Positions 13,536-25,500 of a stretch of DNA of 64,000 nt are shown here, piece by piece; positions within the stretch are counted from its first letter, which is position 1; the number at the start of each line of letters is the position of its first letter. The translations under genes and the position numbers were made by a program. Under the pieces are notes generated by a model. That model was not told the origin of the DNA. It searched no databases and saw nothing but the letters and a program-made list of their open reading frames with translations. This stretch comes from Lama guanicoe (lineage: Eukaryota), in assembly GCA_013239625.1 (NCBI GenBank), contig MU055574.1:3538331-3602330 (forward strand), read 5' to 3'.

Positions 13536-16500
13536 CTGTATACAAGCAGGAAAAACGAGATGATAAATGGTTTTTAGTAAGTCATTGACTTGTTCTATTT
13601 TTTATAAAATTATTAAGTTGTTCGTAACGACTGTAGTAGATGGGCTGTAGGGTTTTCTTCCCAGACACACCCTCCTTCTCTGGGGTCCTAGATCACAGAC
13701 TGATAAAGGGACAGGTCACATGGCTGTGAAGGTACCACATGACTTCTCCCTAAGTGATGCTGATGGATTGACCCAGTGGTCAGAGTCTCTTTTTCAAGAA
13801 TTTGAACTGTGCAAGAGGGGAATGCAGTAGATTTGGAGACACCTGTAGACGTGCAGCATGTGACCTCCAACAGAGTGAGGTTCTTTAAGACTTCCTTTTC
13901 CATTTCTCCTTCCCAGTCACTATAAATCCCAGTAGCACTTATTCCTTGCTTCTCGCTGTCCATAAGATTGATACCTCCTAATAAAACTCTTCCTCTCCCC
14001 TCCACTTTTCTATTTGAATCAATTTGGATGGGTTTCTGGTTTTTTACAGCCAAAGGAACCCTGTCTTAGATGGACCCCTCCCCCCAAAAAAAGGAATTTC
14101 AATTAACCACCAAACCAAAATAAAGGCACCAGAAGATTATAATATCATAGCAAAATTGGCACAAATATATAATCCAAATGCCACTTTAAAATAAGGTGTT
14201 TAAAGTCCATAAAAATGAATATTGTGACAATCAAATGGAATTAAATATTGTTACTACCAATCTTAGCTATGCAGGGAAGATCAAATGGAGACCAGCTGAG
14301 TGGCTGAAAAGCTGCAAACACACATACACACACACGCAGCTTCTGATGGTGATGCCAACCACTAATTGTTTATCAAGGAGGGTGAAAGTGAGAAGGAACT
14401 AAAAAAAGATACGGGAAAATAAGAGGAGATAGAGCAGCAAAAGACAGGACATATTTTATGGCTAAAATGTTACTTAAACAAAAGAAAAAATAGCAAACTT
14501 ATCTATTCATCTGAACTTACCATTTCTAGTGAATTGTTAATTATAAATACTCGGTATACTAGCTCATAGTAACTTTCCACTGATACATCTTTTCCTTTTT
14601 CATCTCTATGTGGTAAGTTGGGAGCATGGAGAATCACCAGAAAAGATCCATTAACTCGGGTTATATTCATGACTGGAGGATCTATTTTTGCTGGAGAAAG
14701 AATAGGAAGTTTTGATAAATGATTTAAAAAATGGAGTATTTCACATGGACACATTATGCATAATAACAAATCATTATTAAATTCAGATACCTGGCAAAAA
14801 TCATTATGGAGAGACAGTGCTGACACCTAAAATATAAATATCTGAGAAGTTTCTTTGAAGTTGATGTTTTATTTGCAAAGACTGTTACATTCTGAATCAG
14901 CTTTAAGTTGACATTTATCAATCATTTCCATAGCTTGCAGTGATTGTTTTGGAAAATGAAGTATAAAATGTTATTTGGGCTAAGATCTTAGAGTAAGGCA
15001 AATATTTTTTAGGCCCTTAAAGATGTAAAATTTCAAAGCAGCTTTAAAATCATTTGAAGACATGTTGCTATAAAATTATTTCAACAGGATTATGTTATAC
15101 ACCATGGAACAGCACAAGAGGGATCGAGAGAAAATTTTTGTTTCTTGCATTTTGGTATCAATACCCAGATGATTGTTAACTAGGAAAGAAAACTAAACAA
15201 ATTAATAGTCACTGTAATTTCCACCAGATTAACTATAGTAATTCTAGATAAATTTAATTCTTTAATGGATTTTGCTGTTGTTTTCCTGTTTGGCATTCAT
15301 GATATATTTTCAATTTGTAGATTTCTGTCTTTTATAATTCTTGAAAATTAGCCATGATTGATCAGTGGAGAGAGAGAGAGAGAGAGGTGCTTTTCTTCTG
15401 GAATTTCAGTTTGACATCTGTTAGCATCTCTTATTTAATATTCCATGTCTTAATTTCTTTTTTATTTTTCTATCTTTTTTCTCAGCAGAGGATTCTGAAT
15501 GGTTTCTTCAGAGGTGTCTTCCATTCCACCAATTTACTATTTAGTCATGTCTAAACTGATTTTTAACCCCCAAAATCAATTTTTTAACTTCAATTATTAT
15601 AATTTTTCATTTCAATGAGCTCTATTTGAGTCTTTTTCAATCTATCTGGTTTTAATAATATTCTGTCTTTTGACTATGTTTTCATTCCCTCTCTTATTTC
15701 TTTAAACTTTTTTCTTTTACTATCTGCTTCCAATATTACAAATTCTCAAAGTGCTGGTCTAGCCAGTGCTTGTTTCTGCCAAGCTTGCTTGTATTGATCT
15801 GCTTCTTTGTGTTTGTATCATAAGCACATGTTTAAAGTTGACACTTCCTTTTTTGTTGCTTTAGTGTGAATTTTAAAATCTCAAATAAACTTTTTTCTCA
15901 ACCTATAAGATAGATACAAGACAAATGAATCACGAGCATATGACTCAACAAATCTTGACAAATAAACACTCCTCTATAGCTACTACCCAGAACAAGAAAC
16001 CAGATATTTCTTATTCTGGGTGGTAGCAGAAGCACCCCAGAAACAGGAAACACCCCAGAAACCTCCTTTATGTTTCCTCCAATTACTTAACCCCAGAGGG
16101 TAACCGTAATTGTCCTGAGTTCTACCGCCATATACATTAGTTTTTGGAATCATACAATATACACTTTGTGTCTGGCTTGTTTCACTCTTTAACTTTAGCT
16201 ATTCTGGTAAGTCTGCAGTACCAATTTATCGTGTTTCTAAGTTGCATTTCCTTGATGACTAATGAAGTTTCACATGTTTGTTGACCATTTGGATATTCCT
16301 TTTTGCGAAGAGTCTGTTCAAATCTTTTGCGTATTTTTTAATTGGTTGTCTTTTTATTATTAGTTTGTAAGGGGTCTTTGTACATTCTGGGCATAATCTT
16401 TTGTCAAAAACATGTATATAAATATCTTCTCTCTGTGGCTCACATTTTCATCATTCTAATGTATATTTTGATACACAGAGGTTCATAATTTTAGGGTAGT

Positions 16501-19500
16501 CTAATTTACCAGCCATTTTCTCCATCATTAGTACTTTTGGGAGTCTGCTTAGCCCCAAATCACGAAAATCTTCTCCCACGTTATTTTACAGAATGGAGGC
16601 CAGCAAGCATCCTCTGTAAAATGCCAGACAATGCATATTTTAGGCTTTGTGGGCCATATATGGCTCTGTGTTAGTTGCTTGACTTTACAGCTGTAGAGTG
16701 AGAGCAGTCACAGACAAAATGTAAACGAATGGGTGTGACTATAATCGGATACAATTTTGTTTCCACAGGTTCAGTTTGGCCTGCAGTCTGTCATTGCTAA
16801 GTTTTATTGTTTTCATCGAGCCAGACTTGATTTTGTAAATGGGTGATGTAGGGGACTGAGACTTCTTGTTTTCCCAATGGACCCAGTCTCATGTATTAAA
16901 AAGACCATAGTCACACCACTGAACTGCACCACGGACATAGACCACACACCTCATCTGTGTGGTGCAGCTTCTGAATTTGGGTTTAAGTATTTGGCTTTGC
17001 AAGGCATCCCATGGCACCATCAAGCTGGCACAACCTCAAGCTGGTGTTTTCTGAAACATGAGAGTTGTGTATATTTGAATCTCAAACTTTTCTGAATTTA
17101 GGAAACACTTGATTCCTAACACAATCAAGACTGAAACATACACATTTCTTTGTTTCCTCCCTTGCTGGAAGGGCTTTTCCTGGTCTGCTGTTTCATGGAG
17201 AGTGCAGCCCCTTGAGGGTAGAAGATTTTATGGCCGGAAACTCCCCACTTTGTGCTGGCTTATGACATTGTCTTCTTCCCCAGGAGTGGCTGTTTCCTCC
17301 CACGGTCTAGTTACTAAATTGGGCAAAGGCCCTTGTGGCAGTGGGACTTCACTGCTTCTCCTGTGGTTTCCAGCTACCTTGTTTTCACTCCTGGAGATTT
17401 CCTTTATCTTTGTTCATGCTCCTCTATAGAGTTAAGAGAATGTGTTGTATTTTATCCAAAATTTCTCAGCCATTTTAGAAGAGGAGGATTCCCACTCTAC
17501 CACCACCCAACTATTTGATTTGGAACCAAAAATTATTAATTCACTTTTCAACTAGGTTGGAAATTTTGCCTAATTGCTTGAAGAAGGAATTCCCCGTTGT
17601 TTACATTTTAATCCTGCAAAGTGGTTGATATTTCACCCCGTATATGGTTTTCATGCTCCAAATTCTGGTGACCATTGACCTCTTGCCTATCACTTGCAAG
17701 GAGAGAAGAATGAGTCACTGTTCAGTTTTGTAGGCTAGTACGATGTATAATTAATTTTCTCCTAGATTAAAAAAAACATATTTTTAACATTCTTTTTATA
17801 TTTAGCACCCCAAAAAACAGAAAGAAACAAAAACCCAGTTTTTCTTTTGTGTGACTCAGAGTTTAGACTTACTTTGGTAGAAATTAGTTGAAGATAAATA
17901 CTGTCAAGATTAAACATCATTTGTATTTTTTCACTAAAATATTTATATTTAAACTGACTAATATTTGTCCCTTCTTGCCCAAGTTATGACTGTTAAAGAA
18001 TTTTTTTTAATCATATGCATACAGAACTTCTCCTCTGAATTTATCAATTCATTATCTTAGATTTGGGTTGTCTAATGTGTTATTTAACCCTAAATACAGG
18101 TGAAGCACATATTTCAAGCATTGGCCCAGGAATACCAGGGAGCCTGGCTCCGGACTTCACAGGGACTCCTAATCTGTGATCTATGATGACGGACTTTGTG
18201 ACTCAGTGACCATTCTTGGCCCATTCACTGGATTGTGATTATGTTACAATGGCCAATTTAAGACAACATGAGCTCACAGCACCGTTTTCCTAATTGACTG
18301 CTCTCTTCTTGAAGTATTCTCTTCCTGTGGCATTCACAAATAAAGCAGTCCTCTGATTTCCTCCTATCTCTTTGGTTGTTTTGTCTCAATCTCTTTTTAA
18401 GATTTATCTTCCCTACTCAAGCATTGTACTATATGCAAATTACTTACAAATTTGTGTCTCTAATAGATCCTTGGATCTATACAGATATTTTTCTTGGGTG
18501 TCTGGAAAGCATCTTAAACTCAGCATATTCAGAATTAAACTCATGATCTCAATTACCCTTCACCCTGTCCAGCTGGTCTTTTTCCATTGAACTTCATCAA
18601 AAACATCTCAGTGATTCATCTGGTTATGCCAACCACAAACTTAGACGTCATCTTCAACATGTCTTTCTCCCTTGACCCTATAGCCAACCCATCACCAAGA
18701 CCTGCTAATTTTTCCTACCAAAATGTTCCTCCAACAATAGATTTTCTATAGCCCTTTTCATCACCCCAGTTCAAGCCAAATCCCACCTCCCGTGGACTGT
18801 TACAGGGATCTACCTACCTGTATCTAATTTGTATTTTTCTGATATGCACCCTCAAATATAGCCAAAATGATATTTTCAACACACAAATCTGATCACATGG
18901 CCCCCTGATTAAATTTACATTTTTCTGGAGGAAGTCATAACACCTTAACAGAAAATTCCCATTCATGGTGCTCCAGTCCCACCTCATTTTGTGCCCTCCA
19001 CCCCCCGCCTGCTCTTCTTCAACAAATGAGTTGTCTTTCAGTCTCTTGTATTTGCCATGACCCCCACAGGGTCTTTGCCAATGCTGTTCCCTTTGCCTGG
19101 AATGCTCTATTCTGCCCTCTTTGCAGAATTAATGCCTACTCATCTTTAGATATCACCTCAAGTGTCATTTTCCCAGAGACACTTTCCTGACCTCCCTGAT
19201 CGGGTCCCTCCTCGACCTGGCTTTCATAGTGCTGCATGGCTCTTCTGTACCATCTGTTGTCGGCATCATTGTATGTTTGTTTGTGTGATTATTTTATTAA
19301 TGTCTATCTTCCTTATTAAACAGAAAGCTCTATGAAGAAAGAGATTTTGCTTCTGCTATGCTTACTGTTTCCTTCCCAGGACCTAGTATAACGCCAGATA
19401 GTAAGTGCTTACAAATACTTGCTGAAGGAATAAAGAAGCAAGGCGATTATTTAGCCTGAAGTTAGCCCATTCCATTAGAAAATCAAGCCTATTCTAAAAC

Positions 19501-22500
19501 TCCACGATTATTTTAATCCAAGAAATTCTGGGGTTAGATAATTCTGAAATCTTATGGAGCCTCAAATCCTGCTTTTAACTTTAGAGAAAAATTTTAAAAA
19601 TCTTGCTTTGTCTCTAGATAGACAACAGAAACCAGAACTTCCTAACCAAAATAACTTCCTGCTGCCCAGAAACAGGTCTCAAATGAGTCAAGATGTCCAG
19701 CTGGCTCATTAGGCCTGTATCACAGATTCTAGGAACATACTGTCCTACTGCCTTAGAAACATGTTTTTTAAAACATGTTCTTCAAAAAGCCTCAGGAGCT
19801 GTGTAGCAGGAGAGGGCAAAGCTGGAGGGTGAAGGAACAGCCGAGTAGGCAGGGCTCCTCACTACTGCCTCACCAAGTACAATTTGAACTCTTTTATGCC
19901 CTGGGCTTCCTATTCTTCTAGCTAAGAGGTACTGGGATAGTCTTTTCTAGTTCTTTTTTTTTTCTTTCCTTACTGGGGATAGCCGCATAGAAAGAACATA
20001 AGAGCTTCTCAACACTATCTCAATTTAAATAGAATTGAGCCAAAGTCTTACCTCATGTTAGCCAATGCTAATCCTGCCAACTAGCCTAATGGATCACACT
20101 TGAGGATTTTTTTGAAAAAAAAAAATTTCATGAGATACCACTTCATATCCACCAGGATTGCTATAAGAAAAAAGTCAGATAGTGTTGCTGAGGATGTGGA
20201 GAAATAGAAACCCTCATACACTGCTGATGGGAATGTAAAATGGTGCCACTGCTTTAGTCTGACAGTTCCTCAAGTAATTAAACAGAAAGTTACAGTGTGA
20301 TCCAGCGATTCCACTCCTAGGTATATACCCAAGAGAAATAAAAACACATCTACATGAAACTTGTCCATGAATGTTTACAGGAACACTATTCATAGTAGTC
20401 AAAAGGCGGAAACAATGCAAATGTCCATCAACTGAGTAATGGATAAACGAAGTGCAGTATATCCATGTCCTGCAATATTATTCAGCCACAAAAAGGAATG
20501 AAGCACTGACATGTGCTACAACCTGGACAAACCTTGAAAACATTATCCTAAATGAAAGAAGTCAATCACAAAAGATCACATATCATATGATTCCATTCAC
20601 ATGAAGTATCAAGATGAGGGAACTCTACAGAGACAGAAGGTAGATTAGTGGTTATGTAGGGCTGAGAGGCTGAAGGAGGGAGGGAATAGGAGGGTGATAG
20701 CCAAAGAGTGTGTAGTTTCTTTCTGAGGTGACGAAAATGTCCTAAAATTGACTATAGGTGATGGTTGTATATATGTGTGAATATACTAAAAATTATTGAC
20801 TTGTATATATTATAGGAGTAATTGTAAGGGGTATGAATTATATCTCAGTAACATTCTTTTAAAAAAATCTGGATGGAGGCAGTGAGAACCTGTTTCCCTG
20901 GTGTCCTGTACTTGCTCAACAGGCTCAGAACAAAGTGGTTATGTTGAAAGGAGTGGAAGCCATACATACTTGACAATATGGACTTCTGCTTGCCAAGACT
21001 GGACCAACACTGCAGTGTGTCCAATTTCCCAGTAAAAAGGACTGGTGCTGAACTCCCAGTGAAGTTCATTTTTTTTAGCATATTTTTTTGATCCCTTCCA
21101 ATAGGGAGGGGACAAGAGACACTGGAATAGATACTTTCCTGATTTTGCATTTGTTTTTCCTGCTTCAATGCTTTTATCAGCAGTCCCCATGTTCACTCCT
21201 CACCATAGATATAGCAAATGCCTTGTTCATGAACATAGTACTCCACAATATATTGCTTATGGCAGAAAATCTAGGTCAACATGGAAGAAGTGGTCTCATA
21301 TCCACAGGAATATTTGGCCTTACCATATAATATACCCCATCACTCAGAACCCCTTGACTTGATAGGAAGGTAGAGTAGATAATTGAAAACTCAGTGTGAG
21401 AGACAATATTTTGAGAGGTGAAATTTGAATTGGTATATTCTCTAACCTTATATCAAATGTATGGTGCTATTTCTTCCATAGATGGAATTCATGGTCTAGG
21501 ATACAAGAAGTGGAGGCAGGAGGGGCAATTCTCACTATTAAACACAGTGAACGACTCATCAAATGGTTTGTTCCCCATACACTTGATTCTTAATTCTTCT
21601 GGGTTATAACAACAGTGGTTTTCAAGAATAGGAAGTTGAGGCAGCCTCTGGACAGTCTGGAGTTCCTTATACCATTTAACCAACAAGGAGAAAATGAGGT
21701 CCTTGTGTCATCTAGGGTGACTGGTTCTGATTCTCAAAGGGAAATAGAGTTGTTATATATACAACAGGGTCAAGTATGCTTGGCATCCTCTGGGGTGCCC
21801 CTTAGAACTCCTATATTCAGTGATAAAAACTAATATAAGACTATGTTATGCTAATACAGGAAAGATCAAAAAGACTCAAACTCCTTGAGAATGTACGGTT
21901 GAGGTGCTGAGTGAAAAGAAAGCAAATGTTGAGTTAATAATGAGGAAAAAAATTATAAATATTAACTACAGCTTCATGATGAGTTGCAATAGTGAAGACT
22001 GTAATAAGTACCTGTATTTTCTACTTGGTTTTGTTTTGCATATCTTTGTACATATACATTAAACGCTTTCTTTTTTTTTCCCCATACCTTTTGTCTACTA
22101 TTTTCCATAAAGTCTATTGGTAATGGTTTCTTTCATAATTTGAACCATAGGCTATAATATATTATTTTGAGATTATGAATAAACTAGAAGAAGAATATAC
22201 ATCATTGAGAAATGAATACAAGAGAGCACTCTGGTTCTTCCCTTTTGGAGAGGTAATTAAAAGTCTTAATTTCTTCAACAAAAAATCCTTCTAATGTGTA
22301 TTTTCAGGAACTTGACTCTCATGCTCAGGAAGGGCAATATGACTCCTTTTCTGCTATCTAAAGAGACTTCTTTTCTCTAGGAGGCAACATCTCAGCAGTG
22401 GGATAGCGTGTCAGCTCTGCAGTTGGATGCAACCAAATGTGAACGCTGACTTGGGGGAATACAAGATGTGAGACCAGGGTTGCTATTGAAGGCTTGTGAT

Positions 22501-25500
22501 TTCCTGGGCTGTGAAAGGGGAATAGTAGGAGCCATTTGCTAGAGTCGTTCTGAGAGTTAGATCAAATGAGATGGTGGAGTGGCCCTCAGCAAAAAAGAGG
22601 GCCAGGTAGCTAGCCATGCTCTGTGAGGGCTATTTTAAGTCAGGGAGAGCAAATGCTACGAAAGTCCACAGAACTCACTTTCCCACCAGGGAGTGAACCG
22701 CTGTGTCATGGTCCAGCCTGAGTGGATCCCAGCCAAGGTCGTCCTCACTCTCCCGTAATAAGGTTCCCATATCTCTGACGTTTCATCGGTAAGGTCACAA
22801 AAGAACTCGCGAATACCCCAACAGTCCTCTTTATTTTTCCATTGTCTCTGTCCATACCTGTAGAAAGGAAAAGACAAAGCTCTGAGTTCCTTTATTTCAC
22901 TGAAAGAGTCTTCAATTTTTTCAGTCTGTCGATTTTTTAGACTGGTTGCAATCTGTCCTTCAATATCAGTACCACTGTGAAAGTTGACAGCTACTCTTAA
23001 GTATGTTTTAAAAATTTTTCCTTTCTGTTAATTAAAATGTTATCTTGATGAAAGATAAACTCAAGTCTGATAACTTCTCTATTTCTAGCGTAAGGATTTG
23101 GGGTTTTTTAGTACTTAGTGAAGGTTTTCTTCTGACGTCTGAACCAACTTCCATTTTTTTGAGTATGAGCTCTCCACATCCTTAATGTTCCTGAGGTTTC
23201 AACTGCTTATGGTTTTCTTCACTTCTCATCAGCTAGTTGTTGAGTCATGTGGCTGATTCTGAGAAGTTGCTACCACTTTTCATCTCAGGTGATGCTTGCC
23301 CAACAAGTAAGGTCGGTCTCCTTTTTGACAAACGGGGTTGGGGGGGAAGGGGCATTGTAGTGAGGGCTATATAAGGAGTTTGCAGCTAGAGGCTGGGAGA
23401 AAGGGAGGAGTGCCCACGAAGCAAAGGTAATGAGGCAAAGAGCCAGCTAGGCTGATTCAGCTGAAGACTGTGGGGTGATGCAACAGCCAAAGGGAAGATT
23501 CATACTTCCCCTCCTTACCGGTTACAAATCAGAGAAAAAAACAGTAAGATGGTGGTGGGCACAAGCAGGAATTAGAGGCTGGGAGAAAAGCTTCCAAAAT
23601 ACTTGTTGAAGGACTTGAAATATAACTTTCTAGACACATAGTGAGGAATGTTGTTTGTGCCTGTACTCTGGGAACTCTATGATGACAGCAGTTTCATTAT
23701 ATTAGAAGACATCATAACATACCTGGAGCACAATTTAATGTTTTTTATTGATGAGATACTGTCTTTGCTAGCTGAATTTAGCTGTGATGAATGGCTTCTC
23801 TTTTAATGTAATACCTCATTTTTTTGTCCTATGCCAAATGGCACAGATATTAACAGTAGACCCACGAGAACTGGGTAGACCCAAAGTGAAAGATTTCAAA
23901 AACATAAATCTGCATTGTGTTGTTGAAACTACCACATAGGTAAGAATAGATCCAGGTATTCTGAATTTTATACAAGTTTGGGAGCCCTATTTAAGAAAAA
24001 GAATTAAAACTATGAAATTCTTCCAGGGGACCCCAAAGTTTAATCTTCATTACTTTCATGGATAAAATAACTTCTAATCCACTTCTTATGTTGGAACATA
24101 AGTAGGCCCACTTTGGACATATTTATGCTATGTAAGGGAGGGGAAGAAAAAGATCACCAGTCTCTACTTCTCATGTGCAGGAAGTATCTCCAACGATGCA
24201 CATATCTATTTTTGGAGTGGAGAAATCTTTATTATAAAGATTTGTAAAGTTTACAGTTGCTACACAAAATATATTGAGAAAAGCAGCAGCAGTTAAAGAC
24301 TGAGAAACTTCTGGAGACAGTCCTTATGAAGTTAGGGAGAGGTTGATTAATCGAAAAATCTGACCTTGGACATACCCTGTGCTGGAGAGACATGAATGAA
24401 TTTATGGCATAAAAATGGCTATTTTGGTCCATAGCTGCATCTGAGTTTCTGAATTTCTAACTAGAAAAACCATAAAAGCTAAATTGTAATATCTCCTGTC
24501 TCATGTTCAGCCAGCATCTCAAACTATGTAAGAGAAGGAACAGCCTCAACTCTCCCCCTGTGTCCCCACGCCCACCCCCGCCGAAACATATGGGATGTAA
24601 GGGCAGGAAAATCTGCCATTTGTAAATTAGAAGTTTCTGTTTCCAAGCCTTGATCCAGGAAAGGAGTAGATTATATCTGAGTTTTGGCAATGATCCACCA
24701 GAACTAGCCTGAGGACCACACGAGAGGAACGTGCAGCGGCATGTTCCAAGTTGCGTTCATACTTACAGGAAACATCCATTTTTGGAAGGAGTTTTCCAAA
24801 TAGTAAGCCCACTCTAAAAAAATGATCTTTAAATTTCAAATGTAGTTTACACACTCACATTCACGTGTTCAGCAACTTCTTTTTTAATTATTAATAGTAC
24901 ATCAATTTAATTGAGTACCTATTATGTGCAAACAAATCGCTTCTAACATTCACTACACGAATACGTATTGAGAGTCTACTGAGTGTCAGGCTCTGCTATG
25001 AAGCCAAAGGCTGAGCCTGTAAGGTCTCAGTGCTGGGTCTCCAAGGGATAACGTTGTCTCCCGCAAAGGAGTGTTCATCATCATGCATTTTGTGTCACAT
25101 TTAGGGCAGACAAGACACTCCTGCCCTGACTTCTGCTTCTTCTCAACCCTTCTGAAACTGAGAAAGAAAGCTCAGATCCTAATCCTCCACTGCATTCTAG
25201 AAGCTGTAATCTCAGTGGCCATCTCCACCAGCCAGAGCCAGCTCAGATTACTTACATTTTATACTGCACAAAATAGATACTGCTGTTGCCGGTACAAGCC
25301 CGTCCAGGCTGCCAGTGCAAAATGTTGTGAAAATTTCGGGACTGAAAATGTACTCGCTGAGGCTTCAGAGACTGATGGGCTGACTGAGTTTCTAAAATAA
25401 TAAGAAAAGGAACAACAGTAAGCTTTGTAGGAGTGCCATTGTTATAAGCAGTCGTTTTCAATGTGAATGCCTGCATCAGGATTCCCTGAAGTAGCTGCTC

